Shown here piece by piece: positions 1 to 8,688 of a stretch of DNA of 64,000 bases. The notes beneath the pieces are model-generated. The model was not told the origin of the DNA, did not search any database, and saw only the letters and a list, made by a program, of their open reading frames with translations. Positions within the stretch are counted from its first letter, which is position 1. Each line of letters opens with the position of its first letter. The translations under genes and the position numbers were made by a program. The stretch covers positions 12,018-76,017 of the forward strand of contig JAUXTU010000047.1 in the NCBI GenBank assembly GCA_030679145.1, in the 5' to 3' direction. This DNA is from Bacteroidota bacterium (lineage in GTDB: Bacteria; Bacteroidota; Ignavibacteria; UBA10030; UBA8401).

Positions 1-1342
1 CGCCTTGGTTGCCCCCCGTTCGAAATGTATAATTTGAAACGGCAGTACCTTGAAATGGATTAATGTAGCGTTTATCGTACGGATCCTCGTATAAATATCC
101 TTTTCCGGAAAATTTGTTGATCGAAAATTTTAAAGATTGAAATGTATTGTTACTGATAACATGATTGATCTGAATATTTTGCACCCAATTTTCACTGTAG
201 TTTGTTATTCTGCCATCCGGCGCCCATTTCCATGCATGGTCGTAATTTTGCCATCTCGCACTTTCAATAAATCCGCTGTAACTTAATTTCAATGCGTCAA
301 ACGAATATGTTAGTTTTCCGTTGAACGAATATTTATGATACGGGTTCATCGGAACAATCGCTCCATCACCGCTATTATGATTGTAATAAATGGAACGATT
401 GTTCGGATTCGGAAATGTTGGAATAGAATCTGTTATGTTATAGACACGTTTCCCGTACAAATACCCTTCTTCATCCTGCAATCGCCCTGTCATAAAAAAA
501 GTTAGATTGTCCAATACATACGTCGGTCCACTTAAACTAAATTGATAATTTTTTGTCCGCGATAAATCTAATTTATCATCATTCAAAAATACGTCAGTAT
601 GTTTGGTATAATAGTCACCAAAATACGCCCCAAGCGATCCATGAATATCCGATGAACCGTCTTGCGTTACAATATTTACTACACCGGACAATGCTTGTCC
701 ATACTCTGCATTGAATGTTCCACTGATCACTTCCATTTCACGGACAGATGAGTTTTCAGGAATAAATCCCGCCTCACCGCTCAATGGATTGTTTACTGTC
801 ACTCCATCAACAAGGTATGCAACTTCACCGCTGCGCCCTCCGCGAAAGTGGCCGCCAACTACGCCAGCTTGCAGATTAATAACTTGCGAAAGATTCTCTA
901 CCGGCATTACCTTCATCTCATCCGATGAAACCGTGACTGATGATGAGGTAAGATCTTTTTGCACTAACGGACGCTGGGCTTCAATAATTACTGCATCTCC
1001 TTCTACAACCGTTTCTTCCAACTTCATATCAATCTCTGTTGTTAAATCGATCTTCACAATAACATTTTTGATCACTGAATTTCTATAGCCTATGCTTGTG
1101 ATGGATAATGAATATGTTCCGGGGGAAATATTACTGATACTGTAAAACCCTTCAAAATCTGAAGAAGAACCGGATTTTGTCCCCTGGATAAGAATGGATG
1201 CTCCTACCACCGGTTCACCGGATTTTTTATCAGTAATTTTTCCTACAATCTTTCCTGTTTGGCCAGAATACAGTAATGATGAAAGAATCACAGCAAATAG
1301 TACTGTAAAAATTAATGTGTTTGGGATTCGTAAAATTTTCAT
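1..1342 (-). CDS. TonB-dependent receptor, N-terminal part (runs off the window start)
   Basis: Not in the ORF track. Manual translation from ATG at 1342: MKILRIPNTLIFTVLFAVILSSLLYSGQTGKIVGKITDKKSGEPVVGASILIQG (signal peptide plus carboxypeptidase-regulatory-like domain), then plug motifs HFRGGRSGEVAYLVDG and EVISGTFNAEYGQALSGVVNIVT. Confidence 0.88.
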   Translation of the reverse strand, partial: MKILRIPNTLIFTVLFAVILSSLLYSGQTGKIVGKITDKKSGEPVVGASILIQGTKSGSSSDFEGFYSISNISPGTYSLSITSIGYRNSVIKNVIVKIDLTTEIDMKLEETVVEGDAVIIEAQRPLVQKDLTSSSVTVSSDEMKVMPVENLSQVINLQAGVVGGHFRGGRSGEVAYLVDGVTVNNPLSGEAGFIPENSSVREMEVISGTFNAEYGQALSGVVNIVTQDGSSDIHGSLGAYFGDYYTKHTDVFLNDDKLDLSRTKNYQFSLSGPTYVLDNLTFFMTGRLQDEEGYLYGKRVYNITDSIPTFPNPNNRSIYYNHNSGDGAIVPMNPYHKYSFNGKLTYSFDALKLSYSGFIESARWQNYDHAWKWAPDGRITNYSENWVQNIQINHVISNNTFQSLKFSINKFSGKGYLYEDPYDKRYINPFQGTAVSNYTFRTGGNQG

Positions 1343-1378
1343 AGAAGTATTATTTATATTTATAATTGTTACACAATG

Positions 1379-1418
1379 TGATAAAAATAGCAAGACGCGT
1401 GTGATGCTGCTTTTATGA
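1379..1418. promoter_or_regulatory. Spaced palindrome upstream of the TonB-dependent receptor (candidate operator), copy 1
   Basis: TGATAAAAATAGCA-N12-TGCTGCTTTTATGA. Near-identical arms with the same 12-nt spacing recur at 8543-8582. Confidence 0.45.
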
Positions 1419-1460
1419 CATAGTGCAATGTTGTTTCTTTAGCATCTTAAAAAAAATCCG

Positions 1461-1497
1461 AAAAATTTGCGGCCACCTAACAAAAAGGCGACCGCAA
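1461..1497 (-). terminator. Rho-independent terminator after the 784-aa T9SS gene
   Basis: Minus strand TTGCGGTCGCCT-loop-AGGTGGCCGCAA followed by ATTTTT; homologous to the hairpin at 8628-8666. Confidence 0.65.
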
Positions 1498-1527
1498 CAA
1501 TACCGTACAAAACTACATCTTTACTTA

Positions 1528-1652
1528 GTTCTCACTGAACTATTTATTGAATCGTCATTGCGAGACGTTCTTTGTCGAAGCAATCTTGCTTTTCGATTAT
1601 TTAAGGAGATTGCTTCTTCGCTTCACTCCTCGCAATGACTTTTCAGTGAGAA
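1528..1652. mobile_element. Miniature palindromic element (GTCAT...ATGAC family) with apparent 7-bp target duplication
   Basis: Nested inverted repeats TTCTCACTGAA/TTCAGTGAGAA, GTCATTGCGAG/CTCGCAATGAC and GAAGCAATCT/AGATTGCTTC. Flanked by TTACTTA (1521-1527) and TTATTTA (1653-1659). Absent at the equivalent site of the paralog near 8689. Confidence 0.7.
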
Positions 1653-4007
1653 TTATTTAATCAACATCATCTTCTTAACCGAAGTATATGAACCTGATTC
1701 CAGTTTGTACATATACACACCCGTTGCAAGTTTCGATGCATCGAGCGTTGCTGTATATGAACCTGTCTCTTGGAACTGATTCAGAATTGTCATCACTTCA
1801 CGTCCGAGAATATCAAACAATTTTAAGCTGACCATTCCTGACTGTGGAATGCTGAACTTAATGTTCGTTGTCGGATTGAACGGGTTCGGATAGTTTTGCG
1901 ACAGTTCAAATGTCTTTGCCACTGCTGCATCTTGTCGAACGTCGGTCGGTCCCGATACATACCATGTGTATGCCCAGTTAAACTGATTTTGCCAAGAATT
2001 ATCGTTATTTAAAATTGAATAAGCTAAAATTCCAACACGACCTGTTCCTCCATCCCGATCATTGATCGAGAAGTCAAAAGGAATAGTCATACCAACTTTT
2101 GGAACAAATATACTATCACCGGCATACAATCCCTGAAGCACGGTAAATGGAATTCTTGCTTCAACAATATAGCCTGGCGTTAATGTTTTTACCTTCCAAG
2201 AATAATTCGCACCCGGATACATCACAACTTTTCCCCCGTGATCATCGTTAAGACGGTTTTTGGAAAAGCGTAAGAAATGATCCGGTTTCGCAGCGCGAGT
2301 ATAACCTGGATGAATTCCACCTTCCGAGTCATACAAACCAATGTTCAGATCCGGAGAATCTTGCTGCCAAGTATTGGAGTTTGTTCCTGAGTCAGAAGCA
2401 ACTGTATCATCAACTACATCGTATGCGACGTAAAGATTATTTGCATCCATAGAAAGATATGCTTTTGCTGAAAGATCATTACTATCAGCTATAACAGTAT
2501 TATTCACAACATGTGCATTTAAAAAGCCGGTTCTGAATGAATTTATTATGAATGGTTTAATTCCGGCAGTCGTCCATTCGGTTAATGAACCATCCGCGAC
2601 AAAATTTGCGGGCGCTGTTTGAATAACCTGGGTTCCTTTCCCTGTATTGGTAAGTGGTCCGGCAACTGCAGGTAGGCTTAAATTGTAGACTGAATCCCTC
2701 GCAGTGACACCATAATAATATGCTACATCCTGATCTGTAACAGGAGTAAGCAATACGTGGTTTACCGATTGTACACCTAATGCAATATCAGCTGGTGGAA
2801 GTTGTGAAACTCCCGGATCGGTAGTTTTAGTGAAGGGTTTCTTACTATAGTATACGTTATACACCGAACGAGCTTCGTTCGGCACATCATTCCAAATGAT
2901 TTTATTCACATATGGAGAAGTTTTGAGTATCGTGATACCGGTAACTGCTGCCGGAGGAGTTTTATCTGCTAACGTTGTATCCGGACGCATAGCAGGAGGC
3001 ATCATGGCAACAATCTCTGATACGCTTAATGCCTTACTAAAAACTTGAACATTATCTATACTGCCTTTGAAGGGAGTAGCATCCACAGGACCGTTATTTC
3101 CCAAAAATGCAACTTGACCCTTATTCACTGAGCCTGTCAGTGGAAGGATCCCTTGCATCACTCCATTCAAATATATCCTTGCATACTCACCATCATACAC
3201 ACCAACAACATTAATCCATTCTCCTGTTTTTAAAGCAGCTTCTGGTATAGCAGGACGAGCTGCACCGCCGGATGTTGTAACTTTAAACCGTAATTGCTTA
3301 TTTCCTTTGTCTTCATAAAGAACATATTGGTCGCCTTGAGAATCAAAAATACCTCCAAAAGAACCGGGCATAGCTGTCGGCAAATATGCTAATTTTGTCC
3401 ACACCGAAACGGAAACAGCACTACTCGGACTATTAAATGACGATGTTGTATCAAATTTAACATAATCATTAACGCCGTCAAAACTCAATGCATTTCCGAA
3501 AAAGCCATCCGAAATAACTGGACCATTTTTCACTAAACCTCTATTTGCTACTTTTCCTGTTGCATCAAAGATTACTGTATCAAGGCCGGCAACCGTATCA
3601 GCATCTTGAATTCCTACGGAATCAAGTTGATAGTACGCAACATTGTTCGATGTGAAGTTTTTGTGAACAAAATTAGTATTGCTTGTTACCATCACATTTG
3701 CCGCGGTATCTTTTACGTTCATTACCGTAAGAGCGTACGATTGATCGGTCATGTTTGAAGTCGAAAGAATGGCACTTTTCTGATCTACTGCCAACTTTAC
3801 ATTCGATACCGTAACTGCATTATTAATCGTGTAATTCGTTTTTGTTGAACCGGTAACAGCATCAACTTTCTCGCTGAATTGAACGATCACCGTGCTTCCA
3901 GCTCCAAATGTAGCAACATACGAAACAACGGGCGGCGTCGTATCTTGGGCTATCAACGGTATTGCCATCGCCATACAAGCGACGAGAAGTAGAAAAATCT
4001 TCTTCAT
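1653..4007 (-). CDS. T9SS-secreted protein: Ig-like + LamG/laminin_G_3 + FN3-like + CBM9/DOMON-like + type A CTD
   Basis: Signal peptide; DTTPPVV..VIVQFSEKVD (Ig-like); ALSFDGVNDYV...WINVVGVYDG..IYLNG..FKGSIDNVQVF (LamG); ADGSLTEW..MDANNLYVAYDVVDD..YIVEARIPF..FDFSINDRD (CBM9-like); ELSQNYPNPFNPTT..KKMMLIK CTD. Confidence 0.85.
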   Translation of the reverse strand: MKKIFLLLVACMAMAIPLIAQDTTPPVVSYVATFGAGSTVIVQFSEKVDAVTGSTKTNYTINNAVTVSNVKLAVDQKSAILSTSNMTDQSYALTVMNVKDTAANVMVTSNTNFVHKNFTSNNVAYYQLDSVGIQDADTVAGLDTVIFDATGKVANRGLVKNGPVISDGFFGNALSFDGVNDYVKFDTTSSFNSPSSAVSVSVWTKLAYLPTAMPGSFGGIFDSQGDQYVLYEDKGNKQLRFKVTTSGGAARPAIPEAALKTGEWINVVGVYDGEYARIYLNGVMQGILPLTGSVNKGQVAFLGNNGPVDATPFKGSIDNVQVFSKALSVSEIVAMMPPAMRPDTTLADKTPPAAVTGITILKTSPYVNKIIWNDVPNEARSVYNVYYSKKPFTKTTDPGVSQLPPADIALGVQSVNHVLLTPVTDQDVAYYYGVTARDSVYNLSLPAVAGPLTNTGKGTQVIQTAPANFVADGSLTEWTTAGIKPFIINSFRTGFLNAHVVNNTVIADSNDLSAKAYLSMDANNLYVAYDVVDDTVASDSGTNSNTWQQDSPDLNIGLYDSEGGIHPGYTRAAKPDHFLRFSKNRLNDDHGGKVVMYPGANYSWKVKTLTPGYIVEARIPFTVLQGLYAGDSIFVPKVGMTIPFDFSINDRDGGTGRVGILAYSILNNDNSWQNQFNWAYTWYVSGPTDVRQDAAVAKTFELSQNYPNPFNPTTNIKFSIPQSGMVSLKLFDILGREVMTILNQFQETGSYTATLDASKLATGVYMYKLESGSYTSVKKMMLIK

Positions 4008-4130
4008 AATAGTACTCCTTTGTGTTGTGAAACTATTTGTGAATTAATGTGAATTACAACAAACCTCTATTACCCCGCAATTTTTTTCCAGTATTTTTTT
4101 CCTTTCTTGTTTTGAATTGTGAGTGAATGC
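4008..4130. repeat. Leader repeat, homologous to 11410-11530
   Basis: AATAGTACTCCTTTGTGTTGTGAAACTATTTGTGAATTAATGTGAATTACAACAAAC... aligns by eye with the sequence upstream of the 906-aa paralog. Confidence 0.85.
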
Positions 4131-4167
4131 GACTGGTGCAAAAACACCAAACAAAATATTGCACTTA

Positions 4168-5979
4168 CTATTTTATAACCAGCATTTTCTTCACGGACGT
4201 GTATGCACCTGATTCAAGCCGGTAGATATACATTCCTGTTGCAAGGGTTGCTGCATCAAGAGTTACAGTATAGGACCCTGCTTTTTGATATTGATTTACT
4301 GCATTCATCACTACACGCCCGAGAATATCTACGATAGTGATTTTTACCATTCCTGATTGAGGAATACTGTAGGAGATGTTCGTTGTTGGATTAAATGGAT
4401 TTGGATAATTTTGTTCCAGACCGTATTCAAACGGAATGGATTTTACAACTGAACCTTTTACCGAGGTAAGCATCTTCATTCCGTACACTTCTACTTCATT
4501 CAGAATATATGGATCATTGAAAGTATTATTCTGCAGAAATAATATCTTTAATCGACGACCAATTCCGGATATCCCGGAAATATCATCGATTTCTCCATTG
4601 CCGGCTGCATCATTATAGATTGCTTCTGCTTCTCCTGATTCTTTTTCAATGATCAAATAATAATTTGTTGCATAAACATTACCCCATTTCAATCGCACAT
4701 TGGTTATTGAAATTGTTTTCCCGAAATCAATCAATATCCATGGTAGAATCTTTCCGGGCGCATTTTTCCAGTATGTTGCCGTATCGCCGTCATTTACTGC
4801 ACTGATGGAAGATCCCCAATTCGTTGATGATGCTGTTGCTCTCCTCCAGAGTGCGCGATTATATTTTTCTGTTTCAATGCCCGCAATATGAATTGTTTGT
4901 GTATCCGTAATTTCACCAACAGCACGCAAGGTAAACATTGTGTCACTACGAACGGATACAATCAATGAGTCATGTTGTTTGATCGGTGTTCCGTTTAGTG
5001 AAACTGTCGATCCTATTCCAGTTTCCCAAAATAATGTGATCGAATCAACACTGCCTATTTCGTAGGACGGCATACTTGAGCGGAATGATTTTATTCTTCC
5101 GGGAGGATAATAGAATACCGTCCGGGAAATAGAATCAATGATTTTTCCTTGTGTTGTTAAAGTGTAGGTTGTTGTGTTTGTTGGAGTTATTTGAAGTGAA
5201 TCAATCGGATTGACTGGATTTCCATTCAGAAATGCTTTAGAACTATCGGAAGTATTCCAGTACAATGTCGTTTTTTCATTCTTATACAGTATCTCCCGCT
5301 GAGCATAGAAATATCGGATCGTTCCACTTTGTCCGTGCATTATCGTGTCAAATACTAGCTGCGCCATTTTTTCATATCCAATTGCATTCGGATGGACACC
5401 GTCTGGTACCAGAGAATCTTGATTTTTCATTAGAGAATAAAAATCGATCAGGTATGTTTTTGCTGTTCTTTTTATAGAATCAACAAGTGGAATAATTTCA
5501 TTCTTAACAACTGATTCGGAAATTCCTCCGAATTGATTTTCTTTAAATACGGGAATAGGAAAGCCGACATAGATTTGAGGGCGACGATGAAACATTCTGA
5601 ACGCAGCAACCAATTCCATATAATTGCTAAAAAATTGATCCTTATAGAGCCAATTAAACGGCTTACTGTCATTCGTTCCCAGTTTGATAATAACAATGTG
5701 CGGATCAAAATTCAGCGCATCAACAAATTCCGGTAAACTCCAATACGGAAGATCACCGTTCTTCAGAAGTGTTGCACCTGATACTCCAAAATTTTTCACT
5801 TCATATTGCGAGCCTAATTTTTTTTGAAGCTGCTGCGGATACGATTGTTCTCCAAGACCTCCATAGGTGATGCTGTTTCCGATACACGCAATCCGGGTCT
5901 TTGCCTGCTGTGCAACAGAAAATATGGTCGCAGCAAAGATAAAAAAAATAATTTTCCGTAATATCGAATATGTTCTCAT
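4168..5979 (-). CDS. SGNH/GDSL-family carbohydrate esterase with F5/8 type C (discoidin) domain and T9SS CTD
   Basis: IACIGNSITYG (block I), NFGVSG, LGTND, DGVHPN; AVNDGDTATYW..WILIDFG (discoidin); LEQNYPNPFNPTT CTD. Confidence 0.85.
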   Translation of the reverse strand: MRTYSILRKIIFFIFAATIFSVAQQAKTRIACIGNSITYGGLGEQSYPQQLQKKLGSQYEVKNFGVSGATLLKNGDLPYWSLPEFVDALNFDPHIVIIKLGTNDSKPFNWLYKDQFFSNYMELVAAFRMFHRRPQIYVGFPIPVFKENQFGGISESVVKNEIIPLVDSIKRTAKTYLIDFYSLMKNQDSLVPDGVHPNAIGYEKMAQLVFDTIMHGQSGTIRYFYAQREILYKNEKTTLYWNTSDSSKAFLNGNPVNPIDSLQITPTNTTTYTLTTQGKIIDSISRTVFYYPPGRIKSFRSSMPSYEIGSVDSITLFWETGIGSTVSLNGTPIKQHDSLIVSVRSDTMFTLRAVGEITDTQTIHIAGIETEKYNRALWRRATASSTNWGSSISAVNDGDTATYWKNAPGKILPWILIDFGKTISITNVRLKWGNVYATNYYLIIEKESGEAEAIYNDAAGNGEIDDISGISGIGRRLKILFLQNNTFNDPYILNEVEVYGMKMLTSVKGSVVKSIPFEYGLEQNYPNPFNPTTNISYSIPQSGMVKITIVDILGRVVMNAVNQYQKAGSYTVTLDAATLATGMYIYRLESGAYTSVKKMLVIK

Positions 5980-6105
5980 TGATCTGTCCCTGAATTGTAC
6001 GCCAATAATAAGTTAAATACTTTTTAATAAGTGAGGAAATAATGTCCTGTAGGGTTCCGGATTCCACGCATAACTGATTTAAAAAAATTATTAGCCTTTA
6101 CCTAT

Positions 6106-8112
6106 CTATTTAACTTCAATAGTTTTATTATCTGTTCCCAAGCCAATAATTTTAAGTGATTCCCATTTTTTAGGTAAAATACCTTTGTTATATTTCAAAC
6201 CATTATCGGTTTGTTCTACACCGCCAAAACCATAAATAACCGCCTGAAGCATGGCTCCTGCGCCAGTTGCAAAATAAGGATTGTTGCTGTTTGCTGATTC
6301 TGAGAACACCCCAAAAGGAGGACGGCTATTGGGTAAATATGATTTTACAAAATAGTCATAGGCTTTATCAGCATCTCCTAATCTTGAGTACAATACAGAC
6401 AATACACCATAAGCCATAGCCGGTCCATCTTTCTTGTCTATTTTATCAGCATAGTATTCCAGATCCCTCTTTATTTGATTTTTATCGGTAATGACATGTA
6501 ATGGATAGGCAAGTAAATTAACATCTGCTTGTTTTATCATTTCTCCTTTATACCCTTTATAGTTTTGTGTAATTCCATTCTCGGAATGGATTATAAGTTT
6601 TTCGGAAACCTCTTTCCATTTTGGATCAATTGGTTCGTTCAAAATGGTTGCTGCTTTCATTGTGTTTTTCAGCGCTTCAATAGCAGAGGCATTTGTAAAA
6701 GCATTATCATCTACGTGTTGTGCATATTCATCTGCCCCAACCACATTAATAATTGAATACGTTCCATCTGTATTTTTCTGCGCCCTGCTTACCCAAAAAT
6801 CAGCTGTTGCTTTAAACATTTGCCATTCTTGTCTTAACCATTTTTTATCTTGCGTATAGGTATAATAATTCCAAAATGCAATTGCGATATCTGCAGTTAT
6901 ATGTTGTTCGAAAATTCCGGTTAACGCCCAAGTTGGTGTTGCTTCTTCCCCAGTATCGTCTGATTCCCAAGGAAACATCGCCCCTTGGTAACCATATATA
7001 CTGGCTTTTTGTTTTGCTTTCTCCAATCTGTCTGAACGATAATTAAGACAAGATTTTGCCATCTCTGGTTGTAAGGATAATAACGTAGGGTACATCCAAA
7101 GCTCTGCGTCCCAAAAAATGTGACCGTTATAACCTTGCGATGACAATCCCATTGGAGGAATACTTTGTCTACTGCCCGGTCGGATAAATGAATATAAATT
7201 ATAAAGAGCAAAACGAACTCTTTGCTGAGCATCTAAATCGCTTTTAATTTCAATATCCCCACTCTTCCATAACTCATCCCATGCATTTTTGTGTTTATTT
7301 AACATTTTATCAAGCCCTTCTTGCAAAGCATAAATAGGCTGTCTTTCTGATTCATTTAATGGGTCGCTGACATCTTTTGAAGTACAGATACCTCCTGCAA
7401 CAGCAAAACCATAATTCTTGCCTTTCTGCAACTTTTTAGAAAACCCGACTTCTTTCCCGGTTTGCGACAAAGTCTCTCCCTGACCGTCAAATAAGAAAGT
7501 TGTAGAAGCAGACACAGTGTATTTACCGTTTATAGTTTTTGCAGTTGTTCCAAATATAGGCATGACAAATGGACCGTCATTTAAAACCCGATAATGCGTT
7601 TTTGCTTCTTTCAACTCGTCAGGAACAGACATATAATTATGGGCTGTAATTTCTATATCTACCAAAGGTGTAATTTCAACTATTGCCATCGCTGAAAAAG
7701 GCAACGCTCTGTTAGCTAAAATACTGTACTTAATTTCTGCAAAATTCTGAAATTGAAAAGAAGTCGTACTTATTCCCTCTTTCATAGAAATTACCTGACT
7801 CCATTTTTCAATATTATTTGATTGTATTTCTTGATTATTGATTGTTAATCGTAAATTCAAAAATTCGATACCTCTAACAATTTTGCTTATTCCATTTTCT
7901 GGACTTGCATCGTAAACTCCTTTTAAAATAACCTCTTTCGTCCTCAGAGGTTTATCATCTGTTACAATTCCGAATTGTCCATTTGCAACAGTAACACCGA
8001 AATAATTTTCACGTGAATTAGCCACTAAATGCCACTCATCTGATTTAATCTGTCCAAACAAAACCGGACTTAATAAGATTAAAAAAAATAGTCCTTTAAG
8101 ATTTAGTTTCAT
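6106..8112 (-). CDS. Glycoside hydrolase family 65 protein (trehalase/glucosidase-like)
   Basis: GYNGHIFWDAELW, EQHITADIA, GADEY..DDNAFTN, IKQADV and FATGAG motifs; signal peptide. Confidence 0.88.
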   Translation of the reverse strand: MKLNLKGLFFLILLSPVLFGQIKSDEWHLVANSRENYFGVTVANGQFGIVTDDKPLRTKEVILKGVYDASPENGISKIVRGIEFLNLRLTINNQEIQSNNIEKWSQVISMKEGISTTSFQFQNFAEIKYSILANRALPFSAMAIVEITPLVDIEITAHNYMSVPDELKEAKTHYRVLNDGPFVMPIFGTTAKTINGKYTVSASTTFLFDGQGETLSQTGKEVGFSKKLQKGKNYGFAVAGGICTSKDVSDPLNESERQPIYALQEGLDKMLNKHKNAWDELWKSGDIEIKSDLDAQQRVRFALYNLYSFIRPGSRQSIPPMGLSSQGYNGHIFWDAELWMYPTLLSLQPEMAKSCLNYRSDRLEKAKQKASIYGYQGAMFPWESDDTGEEATPTWALTGIFEQHITADIAIAFWNYYTYTQDKKWLRQEWQMFKATADFWVSRAQKNTDGTYSIINVVGADEYAQHVDDNAFTNASAIEALKNTMKAATILNEPIDPKWKEVSEKLIIHSENGITQNYKGYKGEMIKQADVNLLAYPLHVITDKNQIKRDLEYYADKIDKKDGPAMAYGVLSVLYSRLGDADKAYDYFVKSYLPNSRPPFGVFSESANSNNPYFATGAGAMLQAVIYGFGGVEQTDNGLKYNKGILPKKWESLKIIGLGTDNKTIEVK

Positions 8113-8119
8113 GTGTGTA

Positions 8120-8249
8120 TTTTTCCGGTATTTTTTTTCTTGTTTTGAATTGATTGGTGAATGAATTAGTTAATGTGAATTATAGTTGTCGTTTATTGTA
8201 ATAACTGTAGATCAATGTGTGTTCTACTAAATAAAAATATATCTGACTG
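8120..8249. repeat. Leader repeat, homologous to about 11485-11613
   Basis: TGAATTATAGTTGTCGTTTATTGTAATAACTGTAGATCAATGTGTGTTC is shared exactly with the rbsK downstream region. Confidence 0.9.
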
Positions 8250-8537
8250 TCAACCAACCTGAAATAATTGCTCGGAAAGCAATTGTTCCACTTCCATTCT
8301 GCTTGGTATCGAAGACTGTGCTCCAATTCGAGTTACCGAAATTGCAGCAGCAACATTCGCAAACCGAATCGCATCTCTAATACTATTGCCATTTGCCAAT
8401 TCCACAGCCAGAGCACCGTTAAACGTGTCACCTGCAGCCGTAGTATCTATAGCATTAACTTTGAATGAGCTGATTACTTCGGAAAATTCTTTTGTAACAA
8501 CAATTGCCCCTTTCGAACCAAGCGTGATAATTGCACA
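8250..8537 (-). pseudogene. rbsK: 5'-truncated ribokinase fragment (last 95 codons plus stop)
   Basis: Colinear with 11614-11901 with no indels; translates CAIITLGSKG...DTTAAGDTFNGALA...LFQVG*. An in-frame TGA lies immediately upstream, so the N-terminal two-thirds is missing. Confidence 0.92.
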
Positions 8538-8542
8538 TCATG

Positions 8543-8582
8543 TCATAAAAACAGCATTATGTATTTTATGCTGCTTTTATGA
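8543..8582. promoter_or_regulatory. Spaced palindrome, copy 2, next to the duplication junction
   Basis: TCATAAAAACAGCA-N12-TGCTGCTTTTATGA. Confidence 0.45.
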
Positions 8583-8627
8583 TACGATCTACTATTATTC
8601 CTTAAAGGCGTATAGAATCAATATTTC

Positions 8628-8666
8628 AAATAAATTGCGGTCGCCTTCCTTCGAAGGCAACCGCAA
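8628..8666 (-). terminator. Rho-independent terminator after the 906-aa T9SS gene
   Basis: Minus strand TTGCGGTTGCCTTC-loop-GAAGGCGACCGCAA followed by TTTATTT. Confidence 0.7.
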
Positions 8667-8688
8667 CAGAACCTAAAGACTACATCTG

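Noticed and set aside
711-1418. Plus-strand ORFs 711-1088 and 1194-1418
   Set aside because: Antisense shadows of the TonB-dependent receptor gene.
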